From: an uncultured Acidobacteriota bacterium
GTDB taxonomy: Bacteria > Acidobacteriota > Terriglobia > Terriglobales > Acidobacteriaceae
Reading direction: 5' to 3'
Length of the DNA: 64,000 nt
Assembly (NCBI GenBank): GCA_963725945.1
Contig: CAVSAW010000023.1
Span: 16,867-80,866, forward strand
Every line of letters begins with the position of its first letter. The first letter of the stretch is position 1. The position numbers and the translations under genes are program-made. Below the pieces are notes generated by a model. The model saw nothing but the letters and a program-made list of their open reading frames with translations, had not been told where the DNA came from and did not search any database. Positions 30,406-39,653 of the stretch are shown here, piece after piece.

Positions 30406-31722
30406 CTACCTGTGAATCTCGTCCAGTGCAGTCGCAAATTCCGGCAGCACCATCGTCTGCTCCCGATCCGGTCCCGTTGAAACCATTCCAATCTTCGCGC
30501 CGCTCTCCCGCTCCTGAAAACGCAAATACTCCTTCGCTGCTGTAGGCAGCTTCTCAAAATCCGTAATCCCTTCGGTGGGCGCTCGCCAGCCCTTCAGCTT
30601 CGTATAGACGGGCTTGATCTGTTCCAGCCCCTGCACATCTGCGGGAATTTCATCCGTCACTTTCCCGTTGATTTCGTAGCCGATGCAGATGGGAATCTCT
30701 TCCAGCTCATCCATCACATCCATCTTCGTAATCACCAGCCACTCCGCGCCGTTGACCTTATTTGAGTACCGCAGCAGCGGAATATCCAGCCATCCGCAGC
30801 GCCGCGGCCGTCCCGTCACCGCGCCATACTCATTGCCGCGCGCCCGCAGGTGATCGCCGGCCGCATCATGAATCTCCGTCGGAAACGGCCCTTCCCCCAC
30901 GCGCGTCACATACGCCTTGGTCACTGCGATCACCGTCCCAATCGCTGTCGGACCCACACCTGTCCCCGTTGACGCGCCGCCCGCCGTGGCAGAAGAAGAC
31001 GTCACGAACGGGTAGGTCCCGTGGTCGATATCCAGCATCGTCCCCTGCGCGCCTTCAAACATCACTGACCCGCCACTGCTCAACACGCCGTGCAGCAGCC
31101 GCCCCGTGTCGGTCACAAACGGCCTTACTTCTTCAGCCGCCGCCGCATACTCGTCATACATCTTCGCCGGGTCCAGCGGATCGGTTCCGAACAAAGCATG
31201 TGCAATCGCGTTCTTCTCCGCGCAGGCGGCATCAATATGCGTCTTCAGCAGCTCCGGACGCAGCAGGTCAACAACCCGCAGGCCGCTGCGCGCCATCTTG
31301 TCTTCGTAGGCCGGCCCGATCCCCCGGCTTGTCGTCCCAATTTTCTTCCGCCCTGGTGCGCTCTCCGCCGCCAGCTCAATCATGCGGTGATATGGCAAAA
31401 TCACCTGCGCGCGGTTCGACACGTAGAGCTGCCCATCTACATCCACGCCCAGCCCGCGCAGCTTGGCCACTTCTTTCAAAAACGCGATCGGATCCAGCAC
31501 TATGCCGTTGCCGATCACGCCCTTGCAGCCGGGCCGCAGCACCCCGCAGGGAATCAGTTGCAGCACAAACTTCTGCCCGCCGTGGATCACCGTATGCCCG
31601 GCGTTGTGCCCGCCTGCATAGCGCGCCACCGCGGCGAAGCGCTCGCTCAGCACGTCCACAATTTTGCCCTTGCCTTCGTCGCCCCATTGGGCGCCCAGCA
31701 CTACCGCCGTCTTGGCTCGCAT
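30406..31722 (-). CDS. purA: Adenylosuccinate synthetase
   Basis: GAQWGDEGKGKIVD, GGHNAGHT, EGAQG..LDIDHGTYPFVTSS, TGRPRRCGW. Confidence 0.97.
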   Translation of the reverse strand: MRAKTAVVLGAQWGDEGKGKIVDVLSERFAAVARYAGGHNAGHTVIHGGQKFVLQLIPCGVLRPGCKGVIGNGIVLDPIAFLKEVAKLRGLGVDVDGQLYVSNRAQVILPYHRMIELAAESAPGRKKIGTTSRGIGPAYEDKMARSGLRVVDLLRPELLKTHIDAACAEKNAIAHALFGTDPLDPAKMYDEYAAAAEEVRPFVTDTGRLLHGVLSSGGSVMFEGAQGTMLDIDHGTYPFVTSSSATAGGASTGTGVGPTAIGTVIAVTKAYVTRVGEGPFPTEIHDAAGDHLRARGNEYGAVTGRPRRCGWLDIPLLRYSNKVNGAEWLVITKMDVMDELEEIPICIGYEINGKVTDEIPADVQGLEQIKPVYTKLKGWRAPTEGITDFEKLPTAAKEYLRFQERESGAKIGMVSTGPDREQTMVLPEFATALDEIHR

Positions 31723-31878
31723 GTCGACCTTTTTCCAGCAGAATAGCCCGCCGCAGTCGCCCCACCAGCACTGCCACGCACGGGCAAAACGCAAGCGCAG
31801 CAAATTCCGCCACGCCCTCTTCGATGATAAACCCCGAGGCGCATTCCATTCTTTGTGCGCAATGATAGCCTTTGCACG

Positions 31879-32436
31879 ATGCCCGCCGTCATCACCACCG
31901 AGCGCATTTTGCTGCGCCGCTGGCGTCCCTCCGATCGCCTCCCCTTCGAGGCCCTCAACGCCGACCCGCGCGTCATGGAGTTCATGCCCGGCGTCCTCAC
32001 CCCCGCGCTCACTGGCCGCGTGATCGCCCGTATCCAGCGCCATTTTCAACAGCACGGGTTCGGTCTCTTCGCTGCCGAACTAGCCGCCGAAAAAAACCTC
32101 ATCGGCTTCATCGGCCTCTCGACGCCGCAATTCGAAGCGCCCTTCATGCCCGCAGTTGAAATCGGCTGGCGTCTGGCATTCGACTACTGGGGTCGCGGCC
32201 TGGCCACCGAAGGTGCCCGCGCCGTCCTCCGTTACGCCTTCACCCAGCTCAACCTTCCTAGCGTCGTCTCTTTCACTGTGCCGGCCAACCTGCGCTCCCG
32301 CCGCGTGATACAGAAGCTCGGAATGGTGCACAACTCACGCGACGACTTCGACCACCCTGGCCTGCCGCAAGGCCACCCCCTGCGCCACCACGTGCTCTAC
32401 CGTCTCGAGCGCGCAAATTGGCTCAAGTCTGCTTAG
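31879..32436 (+). CDS. GNAT RimJ/RimL-family acetyltransferase
   Basis: TERILLRRW, VEIGWRL...WGRGLATE, N.RSRRV..KLGM. Confidence 0.9.
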   Translation: MPAVITTERILLRRWRPSDRLPFEALNADPRVMEFMPGVLTPALTGRVIARIQRHFQQHGFGLFAAELAAEKNLIGFIGLSTPQFEAPFMPAVEIGWRLAFDYWGRGLATEGARAVLRYAFTQLNLPSVVSFTVPANLRSRRVIQKLGMVHNSRDDFDHPGLPQGHPLRHHVLYRLERANWLKSA

Positions 32437-32580
32437 ATCCCAAAGTTGAATGGAGTTTCGCACGAAGGGATTGCAGAAGGTGATGCCAAGCGCTGCGCAG
32501 AAAACACAACGCCCCTTGACGCTTCACGCTTGCTTCGAATCGCCAACTTCCCAGAAATTAAACCCCGCGCCGGGCGGCAA

Positions 32581-32706
32581 TTACGCCTTGGCGTGGTGGT
32601 GATGATGGTGATGGTGATGGTGGTGGTGAGCAACAGGTGCTGCCTGCGCCGCAAACGGTGCCGCAAAGCAGAAGACAAGAATGAGCCCCAGCAAAAACTT
32701 CTTCAT
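32581..32706 (-). CDS. Secreted poly-His micropeptide A (41 aa)
   Basis: Translated by hand: MKKFLLGLILVFCFAAPFAAQAAPVAHHHHHHHHHHHHAKA*. Confidence 0.85.
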   Translation of the reverse strand: MKKFLLGLILVFCFAAPFAAQAAPVAHHHHHHHHHHHHAKA

Positions 32707-32886
32707 GCCTTATTATGACGCGAAGTTTCGTCTTGGGATTACCTGCTGTTTACCCTTCCGGCAACCCTTCCCACAACCCAAAACAGCTACGGGTTCCGGG
32801 CCTCCGCGTCATCGGCCGCCGGTCCCCTTTGCGGGGTTGCGGATCAATTTGGCTGCCGGCTGCATCGCATAACGCCACGCCCTCAA

Positions 32887-33027
32887 TTATTCGTGATGAT
32901 AGTGGTGGTGATGATGATGATGGTGGTGATGGTGGGCGTGAACAACCACAACCACCTCAGCCTGCGCAGCCACAGGGACAACTGCGAAGCAGCAAGCGAG
33001 AACGAGTCCGAACAAAAGCTTCTTCAT
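32887..33027 (-). CDS. Secreted poly-His micropeptide B (46 aa)
   Basis: Translated by hand: MKKLLFGLVLACCFAVVPVAAQAEVVVVVHAHHHHHHHHHHHYHHE*. Confidence 0.85.
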   Translation of the reverse strand: MKKLLFGLVLACCFAVVPVAAQAEVVVVVHAHHHHHHHHHHHYHHE

Positions 33028-33259
33028 GCCTTAGTATCCCAACCTGCGCTGCTCTGCGCAGAGCTACTTTGACCGCCGCGGTTCAACCCCCTCTTTGACG
33101 CACAACTGCTTGCGTTGCTCGCCGCATGCCCTGATCACGCCGAGCGTCTCCGCCTCTGTCTCCGCCAATAATTCGCCGCTCCTGTTAACCAACCACCGCT
33201 CTCATCCGTTCTAGGTGCAGGAGAGGCCAAAAGCCCTCTTCACGCAAGGGGAATTCAAA

Positions 33260-34231
33260 ATGTTCAATCGCTACCGTATTCTGTCCCGTCTCGCTGTATC
33301 TTTCGCCTTTCCGGCCCTGCTGGTCGCCGGCCTCGCCGCCGCGCAAACACGGCCCACCCCTCCTTCAAAGCAGGCCCCTTCCCCGCTGGCGCAGAACGGA
33401 CCCGCCCCCACCGACAAGGATGTGGCCGCGACCCAAAGCGAGCTCATTAAGTTGCTGCGCCTTAGCCCCACGCTCACTACCGTCATCTCCCACGATCCGT
33501 CTCTCCTTTCCAATCAGGAATATGTGAGCCACAACAATCCCCAACTGGCCGAGTTCCTCGCCGAACACCCTGAAGTGGCCCGCAATCCTGAGTTCTATTT
33601 GTTCTCGCATTTGAATCACGAAGACGGCAGCCCCGACGAAGCCCTCGAGCGCGCCGTCTGGCCGCAAGTCTTTCAGCGCAACGATTCCTGGTCTGCGACA
33701 GACGTGCTCGCGCCGATCGCTTCTCTGCTCGCCTTTGCCTGCTTCCTTGTTGCACTCATCTGGCTGGTCCGCGCCTTCCTTGAAAACCGCCGCTGGGGCC
33801 GCATCTTCAAGCTGCAAAGCGAGGTTCACTCACGCCTCATCGATAAGTTCGGCTCCAATCAGGAACTCGCATCGTATATGCAGACAGAAGCCGGCAGGCG
33901 GTTCCTTGAGGCCGCGCCGCTCCCTGTCTCTTTCGAGCCGTCGCAGCGCATGCCCAACGCAGTAGCAAGGGTACTCACAACCATCCAGATAGGAATCGTG
34001 ATGGCCTTGCTCGGCATCGGCATCCTGCTCTTGCGCCACACGCGCGCCGAACTGGAAATCCCCATGCTCATCCTTGGCACCGTGGTTCTCATGCCCGGCA
34101 TCGGGTTTATCATCTCCGCAGGCATCACCTGGGTTCTGGCAGCACGTCTCGGCCTCATGCCGGATAGCTCCGCAGCCCAGGGCAAGCACGACTCCTACGG
34201 TTCGTCTCCAGTCTTCAAGGACAGGCAGTGA
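33260..34231 (+). CDS. Membrane protein with a periplasmic domain, first gene of an ECF operon
   Basis: Signal peptide, PQLAEFLAEHPEVARNP segment, three TM helices. Confidence 0.75.
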   Translation: MFNRYRILSRLAVSFAFPALLVAGLAAAQTRPTPPSKQAPSPLAQNGPAPTDKDVAATQSELIKLLRLSPTLTTVISHDPSLLSNQEYVSHNNPQLAEFLAEHPEVARNPEFYLFSHLNHEDGSPDEALERAVWPQVFQRNDSWSATDVLAPIASLLAFACFLVALIWLVRAFLENRRWGRIFKLQSEVHSRLIDKFGSNQELASYMQTEAGRRFLEAAPLPVSFEPSQRMPNAVARVLTTIQIGIVMALLGIGILLLRHTRAELEIPMLILGTVVLMPGIGFIISAGITWVLAARLGLMPDSSAAQGKHDSYGSSPVFKDRQ

Positions 34232-34270
34232 GCCGCGGGGAGCAAGCAGACGGTGAGGAAGAATCGGCCC

Positions 34271-34843
34271 ATGCGATGGGAATCCGCCATTCCGAACATC
34301 CTGGCCGGCGACGCGCAGCAGCTCGCCTCCCAGCCCTATCCCGAAATGGATAGCGAAGCCTTTGCGGGGTTCTATGAGCGGACCGCTCGTTCCCTCTGGG
34401 CTTACCTGGCGCGCGTTTCCCGCGATCCCGCGCTGGCCGATGACCTCATGCAGGAAAGCTTCATCCGCTTTCTCGCTGCTGCCCATCCTGAAGATGGTGA
34501 AGTGGCCGCCCGCCGCTATCTGTTTCGAATTGCAACCAATTTGTTGCGCGATCACTGGCGCCGCCCCCATTCTTCGTCCCTCGACGAGGTTCCGGAGCAC
34601 TTTCTCGCAGCCCCCAGCGGCACCGCGCAATCTGATTCGCAAGCCATGCTCGGCCCCGCCATGGCGCTGATGCGCCCCCGTGATCGCCAACTTCTCTGGT
34701 TGGCCTACGCCGAAGGCTACTCGCACCACGAAATCGCCGAAGTCACCGGCCTCGCATCCACCAGCATTCGTCTGTTGCTCTTTCGCGCCCGCCGCAAAAT
34801 CGCGCGTCTCCTCCGCCGGCATCCCGCGAATGGAGGCGAGTGA
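34271..34843 (+). CDS. ECF sigma factor
   Basis: ADDLMQESFIR, YLFRIATNLLRDHWRR, EGYSHHEIAEV..L...IR..LFRAR. Confidence 0.92.
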   Translation: MRWESAIPNILAGDAQQLASQPYPEMDSEAFAGFYERTARSLWAYLARVSRDPALADDLMQESFIRFLAAAHPEDGEVAARRYLFRIATNLLRDHWRRPHSSSLDEVPEHFLAAPSGTAQSDSQAMLGPAMALMRPRDRQLLWLAYAEGYSHHEIAEVTGLASTSIRLLLFRARRKIARLLRRHPANGGE

Positions 34844-35355
34844 TGAGTCCCTTTACCTGCCCGCGTGAAAAAGAAGTCACCGCTCTCGTCCGTCGAGGCC
34901 ACTGGCCGCAGGCCTGTCCTTTTGACTTGCGGGCTCATGTAGAAGCATGCCGCGCATGCTCCGACCTGGTTCTCGTCACCGCGACATTTCAATCGGCGCG
35001 CGCACAATCCGCCGCCATGCCGCGCCTCGAGTCCCCCGGTGCTCTTTGGTGGCGCGCCCAGCTTCGCCGCCGCAACGCCGCCATCGAAAGCATCGCCCGG
35101 CCCCTCCTCGGTGCGCAGATCTTTGCCTTCGTTGTAACCCTTGTCGTTGCAGTCGGCGCACTGGCCTGGCAGGCAAAGCAGGGCTTCCATCTCATCTCCT
35201 GGCTCCTTCAGCTTCCCCAGGTGCTCAACCTCGACGCATTGTTGCCCGCTTCACGGCCTCATCTCGAAAGCGGCGTGTGGCTGCTGGTTCCGGTTCTGGC
35301 CACCGTCGCGCTTCTCGGTGGCGTAGTCGTCTATCTCGCATCGGAGAAGAAGTAG
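34843..35355 (+). CDS. Putative zinc-binding anti-sigma factor
   Basis: HVEACRAC (HxxxCxxC) plus TM helices; overlaps the sigma factor stop. Confidence 0.8.
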   Translation: MSPFTCPREKEVTALVRRGHWPQACPFDLRAHVEACRACSDLVLVTATFQSARAQSAAMPRLESPGALWWRAQLRRRNAAIESIARPLLGAQIFAFVVTLVVAVGALAWQAKQGFHLISWLLQLPQVLNLDALLPASRPHLESGVWLLVPVLATVALLGGVVVYLASEKK

Positions 35356-35526
35356 CAATCAGTAGAGTCCCCCCGCCTCGCACCCCTGATTCCTTCCACC
35401 TGCCGCTGATCCCTGTCTTTGACATCCCCAAACCTCATTGCCTATAGTTGGCCCGCCGGCACAGGGACAGGCTCGCCGCACGCCAAAAAGCACACGCCAA
35501 CAAGCAATCAAAGGAGATACCAAGTC

Positions 35527-36939
35527 ATGGATTGGATCGAGAGTTCGAGGCGGTCGTTCATCAAGCAGCTTGGCGCAGCCGGAGCCGTTGCCCTTTCCGC
35601 GACCAACGCATCAGCGTCCGGCCTCGACCCCGCGGCCGCGCAAGCCCCCACTTCGCCCATCCAGGAAAAAATGGCCGCCACCCGCGCCCAGCGTATGGCC
35701 TGGTGGCATCAGGCCACCTTCGGCATGTTCATCCACTGGGGCCTTTACTCCGTCATCGGCCAGCATGAATGGGCAATGGAGGTCGAAGGCGTTCCCATTC
35801 CGCAATACGAGTTGCTCGCGAAACATTTCAACCCCAGGCCCAACGCCGCCCGCGATTGGGCCCGCCTTGCCAAGGCCGCTGGCCAGAAGTACATGGTCAT
35901 GACCGCCAAGCACCACGAAGGCTTTTGCCACTTTGACACCAAATTGACCGATTACTGCGCGCCTAAACAGGGTCCGGGCCGCGACCTGGTCCGCGAATTT
36001 GTCGACGCTGCCCGTGCCGAAGGCCTCCGCGTTGGCTTCTATTACTCGCTCATGGATTGGCACCACCCCGACGGCGCCAGATGCAAAACCGATGAGGACG
36101 CCCGCAAGCGCTTCGTTGAATATACCCACGGCCTCATCCGCGAACTCATGACAAACTACGGAAAAATCGACGTGCTTTGGTACGACGTCGATTGGCCACT
36201 CACTCCCAAGCAATGGGAGTCGGAGCGAATGAACGAGATGGTCTTCCAGCTGCAGCCCGACATCATCGTGAATAACCGCAATGGCCTCGATGGCGACTTC
36301 TCCACCCCCGAGCAGGAAGTCCGCGCCGCCCAGTCCGGCCGCGCCTGGGAAAGCTGCATGACCCTCAACGACAGTTGGGGGTTCAACCGCTTCGACGATG
36401 CCTGGAAGTCTCCCAAAACCATCGTCGCCAACCTCGCCAACTGTGCTCGCGGCGGTGGCAACTACCTGCTCAACATCGGTCCCAAGCCCGACGGCTCCAT
36501 CCCAGAGGAGTCCGTCTCAGTCCTCGAAACCGTCGGCAAGTGGCTCCAAATCAATGGCAAAGCCATCTACGGTGCAGACCGCGGCAACTTCTCCTGGAAC
36601 GTCAACGCCAACTACACCCGCCGCGGGAACACCCTCTACATCCACCAGCAGTATTGGCCCGGTCATACGCCCGCCGCAGACTGGCTCAGCTTCTACCAGC
36701 CGCCGGCGACCATCGCCATCGGTGGCCTCAAGACCAACGTGCTCTCCGCGCGCATTCTCAAAACCGGCCAGAAGGTCGAGTTCTCGCAGGATGAATTCTC
36801 CCTGCGACTTACCGGTCTACCTGTTGAAGCGCCAGACCAACCCGCCACCGTCATCGCTGTGGAATGTGACAGCACCCCGGTCATCGATCACGAAGCCAGT
36901 CGCCCCCTCTGGCCGCGCAACAAGGTCGGGGTCAGCTAA
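35527..36939 (+). CDS. GH29 alpha-L-fucosidase with a Tat signal
   Basis: SRRSFIK; FGMFIHWG; TAKHHEGF; LWYD; WESCMT; NYLLNIGP. Confidence 0.92.
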   Translation: MDWIESSRRSFIKQLGAAGAVALSATNASASGLDPAAAQAPTSPIQEKMAATRAQRMAWWHQATFGMFIHWGLYSVIGQHEWAMEVEGVPIPQYELLAKHFNPRPNAARDWARLAKAAGQKYMVMTAKHHEGFCHFDTKLTDYCAPKQGPGRDLVREFVDAARAEGLRVGFYYSLMDWHHPDGARCKTDEDARKRFVEYTHGLIRELMTNYGKIDVLWYDVDWPLTPKQWESERMNEMVFQLQPDIIVNNRNGLDGDFSTPEQEVRAAQSGRAWESCMTLNDSWGFNRFDDAWKSPKTIVANLANCARGGGNYLLNIGPKPDGSIPEESVSVLETVGKWLQINGKAIYGADRGNFSWNVNANYTRRGNTLYIHQQYWPGHTPAADWLSFYQPPATIAIGGLKTNVLSARILKTGQKVEFSQDEFSLRLTGLPVEAPDQPATVIAVECDSTPVIDHEASRPLWPRNKVGVS

Positions 36940-37023
36940 AACCCAAACCCCATGTGAAACACCCCGGCGACGCCTGCAATCCGCCTCGTCCCGGACAGAT
37001 ATTCACAGGCCCGTGAAATACTT

Positions 37024-37054
37024 GTTGCAACGAATAGTTTCTTCGCGCATCGAA
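37024..37054 (+). promoter_or_regulatory. Conserved promoter/operator element upstream of yceI
   Basis: GTTGCAACGAATAGTTTCTTCGCGCATCGAA; 28/31 identical to the element upstream of pirin. Confidence 0.7.
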
Positions 37055-37077
37055 CCAGATGAAAAGGAGCAACGCCC

Positions 37078-37635
37078 ATGAGCACAACCCCTGCAGCAAC
37101 CGCCGCAAAAACAACCTGGAAGATCGATCCTGCCCATTCCTCCGCCGAGTTCAAGGTCAAGCACATGATGATTTCCAACGTAAAAGGCAAGTTCACCGGC
37201 CTTGAGGGCACGCTGGTCCTCGACGCAGTCGACCCCACGCAATCCAGTGTTGAGGCCACCATCCCCGTAGCCACCCTTACCACCGGCGACGCACAGCGCG
37301 ACGGCCATCTCAAGAGCCCCGACTTTTTCGATGCCGAAAAGTTTCCCGTTTTCACCTTCAAGTCCGTTGCCGTGCATCCCGGCGCTCCCGCGGAACACGA
37401 AGTCGTCGGCGAGCTTACCCTGCACGGCGTCACTAAGGTTGTCAGCTTCGAAGTCGAAGGCCCAAGCGCGCCTGCCAAGGACCCCTGGGGCAACACGCGC
37501 GTAGGCCTTTCCGCCACCACTACCATCAACCGGAAAGATTTCGGTCTCACTTGGAACTCAGCACTGGAGACAGGCGGCGTCCTCGTCGGCGAAGACATCG
37601 CACTCACCCTCGATGTGGAATTCATCCAGGCCTGA
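37078..37635 (+). CDS. YceI-family protein
   Basis: WKIDPAHS..EF.VKHMMIS.VKG.F, RDGHLKSPDFFD, GELTLHGVTK, INRKDFGL.WN. Confidence 0.93.
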   Translation: MSTTPAATAAKTTWKIDPAHSSAEFKVKHMMISNVKGKFTGLEGTLVLDAVDPTQSSVEATIPVATLTTGDAQRDGHLKSPDFFDAEKFPVFTFKSVAVHPGAPAEHEVVGELTLHGVTKVVSFEVEGPSAPAKDPWGNTRVGLSATTTINRKDFGLTWNSALETGGVLVGEDIALTLDVEFIQA

Positions 37636-37717
37636 GAACCATCCGGGAATCATCGCGGAAGGCAGCAGGCCTCTGCACGCTGCCACAGTTGTGCTCCGTC
37701 TGTCGTCCGGGCCAGGT

Positions 37718-39034
37718 CTAAGGCTTCAGCTTTGCCTTGCCTGAGCGGCGCAGCGCCTGCCAGTCCTTCTCCGTCTGGTCCGCGTAGAGCGAGCCAAACC
37801 GCCCCAGTGCCGCGGCAAAGCTGTTCCCGGAGCCCAGGTACCCGGCAATCACCAGCGGGTCCCCGCTGCGGGCGTGCCCCCGCGCCAGCAGCTCGCCGCA
37901 GATCTCGGCAAATGCACAAAGACCGCCGCCTGCCAGGTCCTCAATCTCGATGGATCCCTTGTGGTCGTTGAGCTGGCGCACCAGGTAGTCGCGTCCACCC
38001 ATGTGCGTCCAGCCCAGAAACGGATCGGATTGCACCTGCATCGCGCGCTGGCCTTCCACTGTACGTTGGCCATTGTGATGCGCGGGGTGTGCATCCGGCA
38101 GATACGGCGCATACGCCGATGTCGCCTCTTCCTTGATCTGCAGAAATAGCGGGTCCTGCGACCCGTTTCCCTCCAAATGAATGCAATAGTCGCGCAATCC
38201 CACGGAGCCTGTGCCAACCACCTTGAACCCCACATCCAGCGGTCGGTACAGCGACAACAAATGCCGCCGCTGCGGTTCCAGCATTTCTCGATACGGTCCC
38301 AGCGAAGCCAGCACGTTCACCGCCTGCGAGCCCGTCACGCGACTCAGCATCGGCTTCATATCCTTGAATCGCCGTGGCCCACCCGGCTTGCCGCTGGCCG
38401 GTTCGGTCAGTAGTTCCAGCGTGTGCAGCGGTGAGGCGCGCTCCGCCTTCAACAGCGCGTCGTGCACTGGCTCCACCGATCCCAGCCGGTGCACTTGGTA
38501 GCGCATCACCTCAAGCGTGGGCATCTTGGCGAATACGCGCATCTGGCTGCAGTAGCGCAGCAGGCATCTCTCCACCGCCGCGCAGGCGGCCGACTCTTTG
38601 TGTCCTGATTCACGCCCCGCCAGTACCAGCGAAGCGGCCATGCGTTTCAAGTCCCACTCAAACGGCCCGTAAATCGATTCGTCGAAATCGTTGATGTCGA
38701 AGACCAGCCGCCCGTCGGGTGCTGCAAATGCGCCCAGGTTGCGCACGTGCGCATCGCCGCAGAGCTGGCTCACGATGCCGGTGTTGGGCAGGACTGACAG
38801 GTCCGCAGCCATCACCGGAGCCGCCCCGCGAAAATAGCCAAAGGGCGACTGCGCCATCAATTGATGCTTCAGTTTCAGCAGCGCCGGAATGCGCCCCCGC
38901 TCCACGCGCTCCAGCAGAGTCAACGCCGGCCGCTGCCTCGCCTTGATGTTCAATTCGTCGTGCTGCTGGCGCCCTACCTGCTTGCGCCGCGACTGGCCCA
39001 GACTGCGCCGTTCCTCCGGAGTTGCCCAGTGCAT
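37718..39034 (-). CDS. DUF2252-family protein (kinase-like)
   Basis: M.QSPF.YFRGAA.VMA.DL, CGDAH..N.G, FDINDFDE, KVVGTGSVG, LARGHARSGD. Confidence 0.9.
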   Translation of the reverse strand: MHWATPEERRSLGQSRRKQVGRQQHDELNIKARQRPALTLLERVERGRIPALLKLKHQLMAQSPFGYFRGAAPVMAADLSVLPNTGIVSQLCGDAHVRNLGAFAAPDGRLVFDINDFDESIYGPFEWDLKRMAASLVLAGRESGHKESAACAAVERCLLRYCSQMRVFAKMPTLEVMRYQVHRLGSVEPVHDALLKAERASPLHTLELLTEPASGKPGGPRRFKDMKPMLSRVTGSQAVNVLASLGPYREMLEPQRRHLLSLYRPLDVGFKVVGTGSVGLRDYCIHLEGNGSQDPLFLQIKEEATSAYAPYLPDAHPAHHNGQRTVEGQRAMQVQSDPFLGWTHMGGRDYLVRQLNDHKGSIEIEDLAGGGLCAFAEICGELLARGHARSGDPLVIAGYLGSGNSFAAALGRFGSLYADQTEKDWQALRRSGKAKLKP

Positions 39035-39106
39035 GGGTGCGAACATACACCACCCGCTCCCACCACGCAACCAGGATGCCCCAAGCCTGTTCACGGTAAA
39101 AGTCTT

Positions 39107-39582
39107 TGTCATGCTGAGCGAAGTCGAAGTATCTGCGGTTGTTCTTCGTCACTGCGCAAATCACCGACCTCACGTAACATGCGAACGATGCACGAGGGTG
39201 CTTCCTTTGCCTGCATCATCGCCAGCCGCAGCCCTACGCTCTACATCGGCGTGACCGGGAATCTGCCCAGACGCGTCTCCAGCACAAATTGAAAGAGCAT
39301 GAGGGATTCACCGGGCGGTACAACTGCGATCGACTCGTCTGGTTCGAGCGCTTTCAAGACGCCACGAAGGCGATCGCGGATGAGAAGCAACTGAAGGGTT
39401 GGTACGCGGAAAGAAAAACGCCTTGATCGAAAGAACTGATCCGGCCTGGGTCGACTTAAGCAGGGATTAGTATGAGGTCGAGCCGGCCGACTTGAAGCGT
39501 GCAACAGATCGCATGAATTCCTGAAAGGTCGCCCCAGAATTTTCGAGACCCGTCGCAACAAAGAACTCCGCTCAAGGTGACA
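39107..39582. repeat. Inverted pair of GTCA-tagged REP-like repeats flanking the GIY-YIG gene
   Basis: TGTCATGCTGAGCGAAG (39107-39123, +) and TGTCACCTTGAGCGGAG (39566-39582, -). Confidence 0.55.
39188..39470 (+). pseudogene. Short GIY-YIG endonuclease, degenerate or frameshifted
   Basis: SRSPTLYIGVTGNL.RR, GFTGRYNCDRLVWFE, AI..EKQLKGW, P.WVDL across frames. Confidence 0.75.
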
Positions 39583-39653
39583 TCTATTCACCAGCCAAGC
39601 TGTCCCGCAACCCCATGATTTACACTGCTCCCATTCCTGGAGGACTCCCCCTG

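Noticed and set aside
32581..32940. GTG/ATG trinucleotide microsatellites, or Val/Met-rich plus-strand ORFs
   Set aside because: Explained by minus-strand poly-His coding sequence behind intact signal peptides.
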